From NCBI RefSeq assembly GCF_902463975.1, contig NZ_CABQHJ010000003.1:38854-102853 (forward strand): a stretch of DNA of 64,000 bases, in the 5' to 3' direction. A program made the translations under genes and the position numbers. The stretch's first letter is position 1. Each line of letters opens with the position of its first letter. Shown here one piece after another: positions 9,494 to 19,910 of the stretch. The DNA is from an uncultured Phascolarctobacterium sp. GTDB taxonomy: Bacteria > Bacillota > Negativicutes > Acidaminococcales > Acidaminococcaceae. The notes below the pieces were generated by a model. It ran no database searches. It was not told where the DNA came from and saw only the letters and a list, made by a program, of their open reading frames with translations.

Positions 9494-10389
9494 TTTCTTC
9501 CCTCTTTCTCTTGCAGGAGTTTTACCTCTGCTAACATTGTCAAATATGATTCATAACGGCTGGCAGAAATCCTTCCTGCAGCCACAGCATCCTTTACACC
9601 GCAGACAGGCTCGTGCGTATGCGTGCAGGGACAGAACCTGCAGCCTGCCTCATAATCGGCAAACTCACGGAAGGAGGCCAGCACCATTTCAGATGTCAGT
9701 CCCTCCAGCAGCAGATTGCCGAAGCCCGGAGTGTCCGCAATATAGCCTTCGTCGAATGGCAGCAGCTGTGCATAGCGTGTAGTATGCTTGCCGCGGCCGA
9801 TTTTTACGCTAACCTCGCCCGTGCGCAGGTCCACGCTGCTGTCGATAGCATTAATTGTAGAAGATTTGCCTACGCCCGAAGGTCCGCCAAAGGCGCAGAT
9901 TTTACCACGCAGTCGCTCTCGCAAAGCCTCCACGCCGGTGCCGTTCTGCGCCGACAGAGTATAAACCTCGTAGCCGATAGGCTCATAAACTGCCTTCACC
10001 TGCTCAATCAGGCCCGCAGGAGCGTTATCCTCTTTATTGAGCACCAAGATTGCAGGAATTTTCGCCAGCTCTGCCAACGCCAGCAGCTTATCTGCCAGCA
10101 GGAAGCTGAAGTCCGGCGCAGCACAGGCAAAGGCTGCCACAAACAAATCCAGATTAGCCAGCGTAGGACGCGGCAGAAAATTTCTGCGCGGCAGCACGCC
10201 GGTAATCATCCCCTCGCGCTTTTCGCTGCTACTTACCTCAAAGCCGGCAATATCGCCTGTTGCCAGCGAAAAACGGTTTTTCTTCATTTTTCCCTTTACC
10301 TTGCAGGTATATGGCTCGCTTTCGCCCTCAACCTTAAGGTAATAATAGCCGTTATAATTTTTTAGGACTCTTCCCTGCAGCTCTGCCAT
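9490..10389 (-). CDS. rsgA: ribosome small-subunit-dependent GTPase A
   Basis: Motifs LVLNKED, GPSGVGKSS and a C-terminal zinc finger (C.FC.C.H.EP.C.V) are present. It sits between prkC and rpe, as in Bacillus. Confidence 0.9.
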   Translation of the reverse strand: MAELQGRVLKNYNGYYYLKVEGESEPYTCKVKGKMKKNRFSLATGDIAGFEVSSSEKREGMITGVLPRRNFLPRPTLANLDLFVAAFACAAPDFSFLLADKLLALAELAKIPAILVLNKEDNAPAGLIEQVKAVYEPIGYEVYTLSAQNGTGVEALRERLRGKICAFGGPSGVGKSSTINAIDSSVDLRTGEVSVKIGRGKHTTRYAQLLPFDEGYIADTPGFGNLLLEGLTSEMVLASFREFADYEAGCRFCPCTHTHEPVCGVKDAVAAGRISASRYESYLTMLAEVKLLQEKEGRK

Positions 10390-10391
10390 GT

Positions 10392-12356
10392 TTACAGATT
10401 CCTTTCAGATATGAGCTTGCCGTCACAGATGAACTGAACCTTGGCATTGCCAGCATATTCCACCTTCTGACGCAGACGCACGCTGCCGTTTTGTGTACCG
10501 CTGTACAGTGTTGCCGTGCCGTTATCATCCGTCAGTACAATACGCACGTTGGCAGGCTTGCCGCTCGGTACGACAAAGTCAACGTAGGCGCTCTTCTTCT
10601 CGCCACCGGCAGCCACCGTAATCGCTACGGCCGCGCCATCGTTAAGGTTACTGCCTACACCCGGGTTGCAGGCCAAAACAACATTCTTCTTGGCACTGGC
10701 ATCCTGAACCTTTTTGATTTCGCCCAGCTTCAGGCCTGCCTGCTCCAGCATGCCCTTAGCTTCATCAATGGATTTGCCGATAATATCCGGTACCGGCTTA
10801 TCGCCTTCGTTAATTACCAGGTCGATGCCAGTTCCCTTAGGAGCCTTGTCCAAGCCCTTAGGAGACTGGCTGAGAACAGCGCCGATTTTGCCGCCGTCCA
10901 CATGCTTGCGCGTCACCTTGCCGACCTTAAAGCCTGCATCCGCCAGCTGCTGCTCCGCCTTTGAGAGCGACATGCCTGTAACATCAGGCACAGCCTTCAG
11001 CTCCGCACCCTTGCAGATGGTCAGGATAATAAGGCTGCCCTGCTTACGTTTTTCGCCGGCCTTTGGAGACTGCTCCATAACAGTACCGGGCTTAAACTTA
11101 TCAGGATCGCCGTATTTTTCCTCCAGCTCAACCTTAAACTGTTTTTCCTCCAGCAGCTTCTGTGCTTCAACTACCGTCATATTGGTAACGTTAGGCACCT
11201 CGATCTCCGCCAGATTGCGGTTGAAGATAAAGTGCGCTACCAGCGAAATTGCTACTACCGCAGCAGTAATCATTACTATCAGTTTGGTATAATTCAGCTT
11301 TTTCTTAACCACCGGTTTTTCATCCCCTGTTTTTTCGGAAGGCATTGCCTCCTGCTTTTCCTGAATTTTTTCCGGCTCTTGTGTTACAGCCGGAGTTACC
11401 TGCTTCAGCGGCAGCTCACTGCGCACCGGCTTCATAATCACCGTAGCACCGTCATCAGGGCTATCGACAACATTGCCGTTGGACTTCACCGCGCCCAGCT
11501 CCTGATGATAGTCCTCGCTGCTGAACGGAAAGAGCTTCATCTTCAGGTTCAGCAGATCACGTCGCATCTGTCCGGCGTTAGCGTATCTGTCCTCACAGCG
11601 CTTCGCCAGCGCCTTGTTCATAATCTCCTGCATGCCCTCGGGAACATTATCCATGTAGTCCTTCAGTTGCGGCACAGGCTTTTCTACATGCATCATAGCA
11701 ACAGAAACAGCCGTAGTACCAACGTAAGGAACCTCACCCGTAAGCATTTCGAAGAGCACTATGCCCAAGGAATAGACATCGCTGCTGGCAGTAATCTTGC
11801 CACCACAAGCCTGCTCCGGCGAAATATAATGCACTGAACCCATCACCGATTTGGAATAAACCATTGTCTGGTTTGTGACCATTTTGGCGATACCGAAATC
11901 AGCGATTTTAGGATTCATATTTTTATCAATCAAAATATTCTGCGGCTTGATGTCACAGTGAATAATGTTATGGCTGTGAGCATGCTGCAGTGCATCGGCA
12001 AGTCGCACAGCAATTTCCAATACCGTGTTCAGGCTCAGCTTGTGCTCCTGCATGTATTCCTTCAGCGTCACACCGTCAACATATTCCATAACTATATACT
12101 GATTGTTGCCTTCCGACACAACATCATAAATATTGATGATATACGGATGCACCAGCCTGGCTGCGGATTTTGCTTCTCTACGGAACTGCTCCAGCAGCTC
12201 GTTATCCTCCAAGAACTGGTCGCGCAGCATTTTTACAGCCACATTACGGTCTAAAAGCTGGTCGTGGGCCAAAAAGACTTCGGCCATACCGCCATAGCCA
12301 ATCGGACGAATAATCTCATAGCGTCCGTTCAAGATGGTCTTGCCATTTTTATCCAT
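10392..12356 (-). CDS. prkC: Ser/Thr protein kinase with PASTA repeats
   Basis: Hanks kinase N-terminus (GRYEIIRPIGYGGMAEVF, HRDIKPQN-like, DFGIA), a TM segment, and three PASTA-like repeats. Confidence 0.9.
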   Translation of the reverse strand: MDKNGKTILNGRYEIIRPIGYGGMAEVFLAHDQLLDRNVAVKMLRDQFLEDNELLEQFRREAKSAARLVHPYIINIYDVVSEGNNQYIVMEYVDGVTLKEYMQEHKLSLNTVLEIAVRLADALQHAHSHNIIHCDIKPQNILIDKNMNPKIADFGIAKMVTNQTMVYSKSVMGSVHYISPEQACGGKITASSDVYSLGIVLFEMLTGEVPYVGTTAVSVAMMHVEKPVPQLKDYMDNVPEGMQEIMNKALAKRCEDRYANAGQMRRDLLNLKMKLFPFSSEDYHQELGAVKSNGNVVDSPDDGATVIMKPVRSELPLKQVTPAVTQEPEKIQEKQEAMPSEKTGDEKPVVKKKLNYTKLIVMITAAVVAISLVAHFIFNRNLAEIEVPNVTNMTVVEAQKLLEEKQFKVELEEKYGDPDKFKPGTVMEQSPKAGEKRKQGSLIILTICKGAELKAVPDVTGMSLSKAEQQLADAGFKVGKVTRKHVDGGKIGAVLSQSPKGLDKAPKGTGIDLVINEGDKPVPDIIGKSIDEAKGMLEQAGLKLGEIKKVQDASAKKNVVLACNPGVGSNLNDGAAVAITVAAGGEKKSAYVDFVVPSGKPANVRIVLTDDNGTATLYSGTQNGSVRLRQKVEYAGNAKVQFICDGKLISERNL

Positions 12357-13095
12357 TACAGCTTTCCTCCCCCTGCGTAGTTAAATCAATCAGAATCAGG
12401 GACACATTATCGCGTCCGCCGTTGTCCAGGCTTTGCTCCAGCAGTTTGTCAGCAGCCTGCTCCAAATCACTGCAGCCTATAAGCTGACTGATTTCAGCTG
12501 CACGCAGCATATCCGACAGACCGTCGCTGCAAAGCAGCAGTCTGTCACACTCCTGCAGGCTAAAGCTGAAGAAGTCAGCCTGCACTGTTTCCTCTACCCC
12601 CAGGGCTTGCAGCAAAATATGGCGCTGCGGATGTACAAAGGCTTCCTCCTCCGTGATTTTTCCCTGCTCAAGCAAATCTGCTACCAGAGTATGGTCATGT
12701 GTCAGCTGCTCCAGCTTGCCGTCGCGGAACAGATACAGTCTGCTGTCGCCTACATGGCAGCAGTAGCCGTGGCCATCGCCCGGCAGATAAAGCGCCGTCA
12801 TCGTTGTTCCCATACCGGAATAGCTTTCGTTGCTTACTGCCATTTTAAAGACATGTATATTAGCCTTATCAAAGGCCTCCAACATAACCTTACGGATATT
12901 CTGTTCCTCCTGCTCATGGCGCAGGCTGTGTGTTGCAGCCTCAAAGGCTTTGATAGTAGACCTGCTGGCGATTTCGCCTGCCGCATAGCCTCCCATGCCG
13001 TCGGCAACGGCAAAAAGATACGGCTCGCGCACCAGCAGCGCATCTTCATTATTCTCTCTGACCAGGCCCACATGGGTTCTGCTGATTACCTGCAT
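12349..13095 (-). CDS. prpC: PP2C-family Ser/Thr phosphatase
   Basis: MQVISRTHVGLVRENNEDA...ADGMGG...DNVSLILID carries the PP2C motifs. It is translationally coupled to prkC. Confidence 0.9.
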   Translation of the reverse strand: MQVISRTHVGLVRENNEDALLVREPYLFAVADGMGGYAAGEIASRSTIKAFEAATHSLRHEQEEQNIRKVMLEAFDKANIHVFKMAVSNESYSGMGTTMTALYLPGDGHGYCCHVGDSRLYLFRDGKLEQLTHDHTLVADLLEQGKITEEEAFVHPQRHILLQALGVEETVQADFFSFSLQECDRLLLCSDGLSDMLRAAEISQLIGCSDLEQAADKLLEQSLDNGGRDNVSLILIDLTTQGEESCNG

Positions 13096-14150
13096 TATTT
13101 TTGCTCCTGTTCCTTGGCAAATTTAGCCCGCAGCTGACCGCAGGCTGCATCAATATCCTTCCCCATCTCCTTACGAACGGTAGCGTTAATCCTGTTTTTC
13201 TGCAGGATACGCAAAAAGCGTTCTACTGCCGCCTTGGACGGACGCTCAAAGCCTTGCTCCGGTACCGGGTTAGCCGGTATCAGATTAACGGATGCCTGCT
13301 TATAGCGCAGGTAATTGCTCAAAAGCTCCGCGTCCTGCGGACTGTCATTTTTTCCCTTCAAAAGAATATATTCATATGTTATCTGCCTGCCGCTGGCCTT
13401 GCTGTAGCTTTCGGCAGCAGTCAGCACATCTACAAAGGGATAGCCCTTGTTGACAGGCATCAGCGCCGTACGCAGCTCGTTTTTTACCGCGTGCAGTGAA
13501 ATTGCCAGATTTATCGGCTTGCCCTGCTCCTCCAGGCGTTTGATGCCCGGAATAATGCCGCAGGTGGAAAGCGTCATGTTGCGGTAGCTCATGTTGCAGG
13601 TGTCCTCGCGGTGCAAAAAGTCCAGCGCCTGCAAAACGCTGTCAAAGTTCAGCATCGGCTCACCGCTGCCCATAACCACCACTCTGCTCACCATCGCGCC
13701 CTGCTCACGCAGGCGCTCGTTGAACAGATAAACCTGAGCCACGATTTCTGCTGCCGTCAGGTTGCGTACAGCGCCCTTCAGGCCGCTGGCGCAGAAGGCG
13801 CAGTGCATATCGCAGCCGACCTGGCTGGAAACGCACACGCTGTAGCCGTAATCATGGTGCATCAGAACCGTTTCTACCGAATTTCCGTCCGGCAAGCCCA
13901 AAAGCAGCTTGCTCGTCATGCCGTCGGAGGAATTCTGCTCACGCAAAATTTTCAGACTGCGCGGCAGCACGGTAAATTTTTCCTGCAGCACGGCAATATC
14001 AGCCTTGCTCAGGTTGTGCATAGAGGCAAAATCAAAGACCGACTTTTGGTACAGCCATTGAAACACCTGCTTGGCACGGAACTTTTTCAGACCTGCCGCC
14101 ACAAATAATTCTTGTAATTCTTCTATTGGTAAAGCAAAAATATCTTGCAT
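13095..14150 (-). CDS. rlmN: 23S rRNA/tRNA (adenine-C2)-methyltransferase, radical SAM
   Basis: The GCDMHCAFCASG CxxxCxxC motif and full-length RlmN similarity. Confidence 0.9.
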   Translation of the reverse strand: MQDIFALPIEELQELFVAAGLKKFRAKQVFQWLYQKSVFDFASMHNLSKADIAVLQEKFTVLPRSLKILREQNSSDGMTSKLLLGLPDGNSVETVLMHHDYGYSVCVSSQVGCDMHCAFCASGLKGAVRNLTAAEIVAQVYLFNERLREQGAMVSRVVVMGSGEPMLNFDSVLQALDFLHREDTCNMSYRNMTLSTCGIIPGIKRLEEQGKPINLAISLHAVKNELRTALMPVNKGYPFVDVLTAAESYSKASGRQITYEYILLKGKNDSPQDAELLSNYLRYKQASVNLIPANPVPEQGFERPSKAAVERFLRILQKNRINATVRKEMGKDIDAACGQLRAKFAKEQEQK

Positions 14151-14165
14151 TCTCTTACCTCTATA

Positions 14166-15548
14166 TTACTGCTTTTTCATCAGCTTACAGATATAAAAGC
14201 CGTCGATGCCGTCATTCTGCGGCAGAAGCTGCAGCTCCTGTACCTGCTCACCCGTCAGCGGATGCGTAAATTCCACACGCTGCCATTCGGGATGCTGCGT
14301 TAAAAACTCTTCTACCAGATAATGGTTTTCACTCTGCTCAATCGTGCAGGTGCTGTAAACCATGGTACCGCCATCCTTCACGTACTGTGCGGCATTCTTT
14401 AAAATTGCCAGCTGCAGCGGCGGGAACAGCTTCAAATCCTTGCGCTGCTTGCGCCAGCGTGCTTCCGCACGGCGGCGCAGTACACCCAAACCGGAGCAGG
14501 GTGCATCAACCAAAACTCTGTCAAACGCGCCCAGCCATTCGCTGCGCAGCTGCAGAGCATCGTTCTGCAGTGCTTTGACGCTCTTCATACCCAGACGGGC
14601 AGCGTTTTCGGCAATCAGCTCCAGCTTGTGCTCGTGGATATCGCAGGCGATAACCTCGCCCTTATCCTGCATAAGCTGTGCCACGTGTGTTGCCTTGCCG
14701 CCGGGAGCGCTGCACATATCCAGCACGCGCATTCCGGGCTGCGGCGCCAGCACCGGCGCTACCAGCATAGAGCTTTCGTCCTGAATGTAAAAATGCTGCG
14801 GCAGTGCCGCCAAAAGTGTATGCAGCGACGGCAGATGCTCTGCCACAATTCCGTAGAGACTCCATTCGGAAGCACGCACCTGCGCACCCATTTCCGTCAA
14901 ATCCGCCACCAGCTTGTCGCGCGTAGTCACCAGCGTATTGGCACGCAGGCACACCGGCGCAGCCGTGTTATCAAATGCCAGCAGGCGTTCGGTGCCGCCG
15001 CGTCCCCACGGTCCCAGCCAGCGTTTCACCAGCCAGCGCGGATGGTAATATTTCAGCGACAGATAATCGGCATCCTGCTTTTCGGCATCGGGCAGGACGA
15101 ACGCACCTGCCTCCTGCTTGCGCAGCAGACCACGCAGAACGCCGTTGACAAACTTGGCGCTGCCCTCATGGCTCACCGAGCGTGCCAGCTTCACAGCCTC
15201 GTTTACTGCCGCCGACGCAGGAATGCGCGTCATATACAGCAGCTGATAGGTGCTGATGCGCAGTATCGCTAAAATATCACCGGCCACCTTATCCAGCGGA
15301 CGGCTGACGCACTGCGCCAGATACCAGTCCAGCGTACCGCTGGCCTTTACAGTGCCGTAGACCAGCTCCGTTGCCAGCCTTCTGTCAAGGTCGCTAAGTC
15401 TGCTGCCACGCAGATACTGGTTCAGCGCGATATTCGTATAAGCGCCGTCCTCCAGCACCATACGCACCAAAAGCGCCGCTGCTCCGCGAGCGCTCTCAGG
15501 ATAATTTGCTTTTTGTTCCTTCCGCATGCTTTGTTTCTTCCTCATCAT
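14166..15548 (-). CDS. rsmB: 16S rRNA (cytosine967-C5)-methyltransferase
   Basis: NusB-like N-terminus plus a SAM methyltransferase with the PCSG motif (DAPCSGLGV). The start may be an internal Met at 15527. Confidence 0.9.
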   Translation of the reverse strand: MMRKKQSMRKEQKANYPESARGAAALLVRMVLEDGAYTNIALNQYLRGSRLSDLDRRLATELVYGTVKASGTLDWYLAQCVSRPLDKVAGDILAILRISTYQLLYMTRIPASAAVNEAVKLARSVSHEGSAKFVNGVLRGLLRKQEAGAFVLPDAEKQDADYLSLKYYHPRWLVKRWLGPWGRGGTERLLAFDNTAAPVCLRANTLVTTRDKLVADLTEMGAQVRASEWSLYGIVAEHLPSLHTLLAALPQHFYIQDESSMLVAPVLAPQPGMRVLDMCSAPGGKATHVAQLMQDKGEVIACDIHEHKLELIAENAARLGMKSVKALQNDALQLRSEWLGAFDRVLVDAPCSGLGVLRRRAEARWRKQRKDLKLFPPLQLAILKNAAQYVKDGGTMVYSTCTIEQSENHYLVEEFLTQHPEWQRVEFTHPLTGEQVQELQLLPQNDGIDGFYICKLMKKQ

Positions 15549-16311
15549 CTTCCATAAATGCTAAAATTGCTGCTTCCAGCTTATCAATATCTACCCGCGT
15601 ATTAAAGCAGGGACCAAAGGGACGCTCGTTTAAAACGCCCAACACCGGCAGCGGGAACACGTCCTGAATGCCGCTGGTCAGATCACGCTCGCAGGCTACG
15701 GCCACAATAGCCTTTGGCCTTGCCTGCTTAACCATCTGCCTTGCCAGGGTACCGCCGGTAGCTACGGCAAAATGGCAGCCATATTTGTGCGCCAACCCCA
15801 GCATAGCGCCTACACTGCAGCGTCCGCACTGACGGCAGTTTTCTACGTTACGGGTTATCTTATGTACGCAGGTATCCAGCTGGATACAATGCGGTGTTAA
15901 AATCATAATTCGATTGGCAGGCACCTTCACCTTATGCTGCAGTACCAGATTATTGCTGACCTCGATAAAGGACTGCTCGATGCGGTCACGGGGAATGTTG
16001 AACAAGCGTCCCAGTACTACCGCAAAGGGGAAAAGAATATTAATTGCCTTCCACGCCCAAAAATACAAAATCTTAAGTACCGGTATTCCCAACAGCGCCA
16101 TAACAATTCCCAGAACGCCGCTGAGCATCGCCAACACTATAAGTACGCCGAAAAAGCCGAAAATTATCGGCAGAAACCGGCTGATTTCATAAAGTCCCGG
16201 AAAGGTTACCTTCCAGACAACATAAAACATCAACGCACCTAATACGGCGCTGATGGAGGTCAGAGCCATAAATATACGTTTTTTGGGCTTAAATACACTA
16301 TCTTCGTTCAT
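15496..16311 (-). CDS. DUF116-family membrane protein (conserved between fmt and rsmB in Clostridia-type genomes)
   Basis: Several N-terminal TM helices and a Cys-rich C-terminus (CRQCGRCS...). Its 3' end overlaps the annotated rsmB start. Confidence 0.6.
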   Translation of the reverse strand: MNEDSVFKPKKRIFMALTSISAVLGALMFYVVWKVTFPGLYEISRFLPIIFGFFGVLIVLAMLSGVLGIVMALLGIPVLKILYFWAWKAINILFPFAVVLGRLFNIPRDRIEQSFIEVSNNLVLQHKVKVPANRIMILTPHCIQLDTCVHKITRNVENCRQCGRCSVGAMLGLAHKYGCHFAVATGGTLARQMVKQARPKAIVAVACERDLTSGIQDVFPLPVLGVLNERPFGPCFNTRVDIDKLEAAILAFMEDDEEETKHAEGTKSKLS

Positions 16312-16343
16312 TAAAAGATTACTCCTTCAAATCACAGCCTGCT

Positions 16344-17279
16344 TCAGGCAAGCAGGTCGCCCTCCTGTACGCCGCGGCCGTTCAGGAAAACCTGCGCCGG
16401 CATACGTTTTTTGGATTCGGGCTGTACCTCGGTGATTTCCAGTACGCCCTCACCGCAAGCAACAAAGAAGCTGTGCTTGCCAGTTTCGATAACGGTACCG
16501 GCAGCAGCAGTGCTGCTTTTGCCGGTCATTTTGCTGCCCCAGATTTTCAGGCTCTTGCCGTTCGGCAGCTTGGTAAAGGTGCTAGGTGCAGGGTTAAAGC
16601 CGCGGATAAGGTTGTGTACCTCCTGCGCCGTTTTGCTCCAGTCAATATGCTCCATGCTGCGGTCCAAAAGCGTTGCATAGGTAGCCTGCTCGTTATCCTG
16701 CGGTTCCGCAACGGCAGTACCTGCCGCAATCTTGTCGATAACCTGCAGCAGCAGCGCCGCACCTTGCTCACGCAGAGCGTCATGCAGCTCGCCCATCGTG
16801 GTATTTTCTGCAATAGGCACTACTACCTTGTCCAGCATAGCGCCGGTATCCATACCGATATCCATCTGCATAATTGTTACGCCCGATTCCTTTTCGCCCT
16901 TGATGATGGTATACTGAATCGGCGCCGCACCGCGATACTTCGGCAGCAGCGAAGCGTGTACGTTGATGCAGCCGTATTTCGGCAGCTCCAGAATTTCCTT
17001 GCTCAAGAACTGGCCGAAGGCAGCTACGACAATCAGCTCCGGCTGCAGCTCGTGCAGCAGCTCAACAAATTCAGGGGTTTTTACCTTTTGCGGCTGGTAA
17101 ACAGTCAATCCCTGCTCCAGCGCATATTCCTTAACAGGTGTCTGCAGCAGCTTGTTGCCGCGTCCCTTCGGACGGTCCGGTTGAGTTACTACCGCCAGAA
17201 TTTCATGCTTACCGCTTTCGCACAGCGCCTGCAGGCTACCGACTGCGAAATCCGGTGTTCCCATAAATACTATACGCAT
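16344..17279 (-). CDS. fmt: methionyl-tRNA formyltransferase
   Basis: MRIVFMGTPDFAV... and full-length Fmt similarity. Confidence 0.95.
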   Translation of the reverse strand: MRIVFMGTPDFAVGSLQALCESGKHEILAVVTQPDRPKGRGNKLLQTPVKEYALEQGLTVYQPQKVKTPEFVELLHELQPELIVVAAFGQFLSKEILELPKYGCINVHASLLPKYRGAAPIQYTIIKGEKESGVTIMQMDIGMDTGAMLDKVVVPIAENTTMGELHDALREQGAALLLQVIDKIAAGTAVAEPQDNEQATYATLLDRSMEHIDWSKTAQEVHNLIRGFNPAPSTFTKLPNGKSLKIWGSKMTGKSSTAAAGTVIETGKHSFFVACGEGVLEITEVQPESKKRMPAQVFLNGRGVQEGDLLA

Positions 17280-17321
17280 TTGTTTTCCTCCGTATATCTT
17301 TTTTCATATCCCACTCAGGAT

Positions 17322-17804
17322 TTATCTTACAGCATCCTCGGGATTTTCCTTCTGCTTAGGCGAAATGGTTTTAGCCTTGTCGATGAACAGAATGCCGTCC
17401 AAATGGTCCAGCTCATGCTGAATGCAGATAGCCAAAAGACCACTTGCGGAAAGCAGCATGCGTTGACCGGTTTTGTCGGTGAATTCGCATTCCACATATT
17501 CGGAGCGTTCTACCTCGCCTTCGTAATCAGGCACGGATAGACAGCCCTCGCTGCCCAGCACCTTGCCCTCGCGTTTAACAATTTCAGGGTTAATCAGCTC
17601 ATACAGACCCTCGCCTACGTCGATAACTACAACGCGCTTGCTTACACCCACCTGCGGTGCAGCCAGCCCCACGCCGTCGGCCGCATACATTGTTTCTGCC
17701 ATATCGCGCAGCAGACGCTGCAATTTTTTATCTATACGCTCTACCGGTTGAGCCACCTCACGCAGCACCGGAGCGCCGGCAATCACTATTTTTAACTTAG
17801 CCAT
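17322..17804 (-). CDS. def: peptide deformylase
   Basis: Motifs GLAAPQVG, EGCLS and HELDH. Confidence 0.95.
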   Translation of the reverse strand: MAKLKIVIAGAPVLREVAQPVERIDKKLQRLLRDMAETMYAADGVGLAAPQVGVSKRVVVIDVGEGLYELINPEIVKREGKVLGSEGCLSVPDYEGEVERSEYVECEFTDKTGQRMLLSASGLLAICIQHELDHLDGILFIDKAKTISPKQKENPEDAVR

Positions 17805-17899
17805 TTTTGTTCCTCCTTGTAGCTATTCCAATAGTTCATTATAACACATTACTACAGGAAAAAACAAATTCTCTGCACAGGCTTCCTCATATATTTAAG

Positions 17900-17954
17900 C
17901 AAATACTGCAAAAGCCTTCTGGATCAGGCGGATTTCCCGTCAGAAGCAGAAGGC
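17900..17954 (-). terminator. rho-independent terminator after the binding-protein gene
   Basis: GCCTTCTG...CAGAAGGC stem, followed on the minus strand by UUUUGCAGUAUUU. Confidence 0.55.
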
Positions 17955-17973
17955 TCTTAAGCTTTTTTGTTAT

Positions 17974-19011
17974 CTATTTTTTATAATTATTTTTATCTGC
18001 CATACGGATACCGGTATTTACCAGCTTCTGTGCAGGCTTGCTGCCATCTTTTGCTGCAGCAGCGGCAGCCATCACAGCCTCGTAGCCCATTTTGTACTGA
18101 TTCTGTACGGCAACGGCAATACTATAGTTCTTGTCCTCCAGGCCCAGTAAAGTCTTTTTGCCAAGGTCAAAACCGGTAACGGCAATATCCTTACGGCCTG
18201 CAGCCATTACAGCCTCCACGGTCGCATTGGTGGAGCCGTTGTTGCAGGCGATAATGCCTTTAACATTATGAGTATTTTTGATTTTTTCGGTAACCAGCTT
18301 AACTGCGCCCGCTTCATCACCGTAGTTAATAATATAATCATGTTCGATTTTCCAGCTTGCAGGAGCAAATTTACCCCAGTTTGCCATAATGCTGTTCAGA
18401 CGGTCGGCAATCGTAGTGCTGGCCAAGGTGCTGACATGTACCAAAACTGTTGCCTCCTCGGATTCCTTAACGCCGTTAGCCTTCATCTGCTCTACCATCT
18501 GTTGGCAAACCTCGGCACCTGCCTCCAGGTTGTTGGTAAGGAAAGCTGCATCGTAATCATTGCTGCTCAATGCGGTATCAACCAAAAATACCGGCAGCTT
18601 CTGCTCGCGCAGAGTTTTCGCACTTGCCGTCATATTGGAGCTGTCCGCCGGAGCAAGAATTACTGCGTCCGCATTTTTGCCGGGAAGCTCTTTGACCATA
18701 TCGCGTTGCAGCTCCCAGTCGCCGTCCTTCATAACGCCGCCTACATAAACGTTAACGTCAGCCTTAGCTGCTCCGTCTTTAATGCCGCGGATAACCTCTT
18801 CCCAATAGTTGCCCTTCATAACCTTAAGTACGGCATAAACGTTTTTGCGTCCTTCCTTAATTTCTGTTACAGGCTCAAAATCCTGCTTAGTTTTGGCGTT
18901 CATAACCTTTTGTGTCACCGCGCCCTGTTGCGCATTGTTGCCGCCGCAGCCGGCAACGCCTACAAGCAGTAAAGCCGAGAATAAAACTGCTAATAATTTC
19001 TTCATACCCAT
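17974..19011 (-). CDS. periplasmic sugar-binding protein (type-1 PBP, RbsB-like), lipoprotein, orphan (no adjacent permease or ATPase)
   Basis: Start taken at MGMKKLLAVLFSALLLVGVAGCGG (lipobox), with GGAGGT 7 nt upstream. Fold-level similarity to ribose/galactose-binding proteins. Confidence 0.8.
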   Translation of the reverse strand: MGMKKLLAVLFSALLLVGVAGCGGNNAQQGAVTQKVMNAKTKQDFEPVTEIKEGRKNVYAVLKVMKGNYWEEVIRGIKDGAAKADVNVYVGGVMKDGDWELQRDMVKELPGKNADAVILAPADSSNMTASAKTLREQKLPVFLVDTALSSNDYDAAFLTNNLEAGAEVCQQMVEQMKANGVKESEEATVLVHVSTLASTTIADRLNSIMANWGKFAPASWKIEHDYIINYGDEAGAVKLVTEKIKNTHNVKGIIACNNGSTNATVEAVMAAGRKDIAVTGFDLGKKTLLGLEDKNYSIAVAVQNQYKMGYEAVMAAAAAAKDGSKPAQKLVNTGIRMADKNNYKK

Positions 19012-19400
19012 ACTATCAACCTCCGCCTTCTTGCAAACACTTCGATGTTTGTTCATATATTTTAAGAATTATTATAGCACTTTCATACGAAAAATCAAGT
19101 AATTTGAAATCTTTATTCGTTTCAACTAGAAGTCTACTGAAACATTTACGCTAAAGATTAAAATGGTTAGCAAGCATCAGCCTTAACCCAAAAACCTGTT
19201 ATTTGCTTCTTTCAAAACAAAAACAAATATTATTTTTGTCCTCATTCAATTCACAATAGCATGCGTTACACTAGGATAACTTTACAAAAACATCTTTCTT
19301 GTCACCGAAATTTGTGCTATAATCTATTATCAAGCAAACAAAAGCTAACAACTGTACAGTATGCTTTATGATTATGATAATTGAGGGAGGATTTTTACAT

Positions 19401-19811
19401 ATGCTGAACCAGGTTTCTTTATTCACCGAAAACAACGAGGGTGGTTTGTTCAAAATCACTACCATTCTCGCTAAAGCCAATATCAATATTTACACCATGC
19501 TGGCCAATGACAGCGCGGAATTCGGCATTGTGCGCCTGATTGTGGACAAGGCAGAAACTGCTATCGAGGTGCTGAAGGCAGAAGGCTACCAATGCCGTCA
19601 GGACAAGGTTATTGCCGTAGAGATGAACGATACTCCGGGTTATCTGGACGGAATTCTTTCCGCTATCCACGGTGCCAACATCGACATTTCCTATCTGTAT
19701 ATTTCCTTTAACCGTGATAATGTTAAGCCAGTAGTAGTTTTCAAAACCAACGAGCCGGAAACTGCCACCTTCCTCATCGGTCGTGGCTACAAGCTGCTGG
19801 AAACATTTTAA
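19401..19811 (+). CDS. tandem ACT-domain protein (COG4747-like amino-acid-binding protein)
   Basis: MLNQVSLFTENNEGGLFKITTILAKANINIYTM... shows two ACT-like halves. GAGGGAGG lies 9 nt upstream of ATG 19401. Confidence 0.6.
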   Translation: MLNQVSLFTENNEGGLFKITTILAKANINIYTMLANDSAEFGIVRLIVDKAETAIEVLKAEGYQCRQDKVIAVEMNDTPGYLDGILSAIHGANIDISYLYISFNRDNVKPVVVFKTNEPETATFLIGRGYKLLETF

Positions 19812-19828
19812 TAGCTGAGAATGTTTAG

Positions 19829-19859
19829 AGGCCGCCCGCTGAAGCAGGCGGTCTTTTTG
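19829..19859 (+). terminator. terminator after the ACT gene
   Basis: GGCCGCCCGCTGAAGCAGGCGGTC followed by TTTTT. Confidence 0.55.
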
Positions 19860-19863
19860 CATG

Positions 19864-19896
19864 CAAAAAAGCTGCCGCAGTCTTCGCTGCAGCAGC
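19864..19896 (-). terminator. terminator after the DAHP synthase gene
   Basis: Minus strand GCUGCUGCAGCG aagac UGCGGCAGC followed by UUUUUUGC. Confidence 0.55.
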
Positions 19897-19910
19897 TCAT
19901 ACTTATCAGT

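Noticed and set aside
15496-15548. 53-nt overlap between the DUF116 gene and rsmB, as a possible frameshift or pseudogene
   Set aside because: Both proteins are full length. The rsmB start is probably an internal Met (15527), which reduces the overlap. There is no evidence of disruption.
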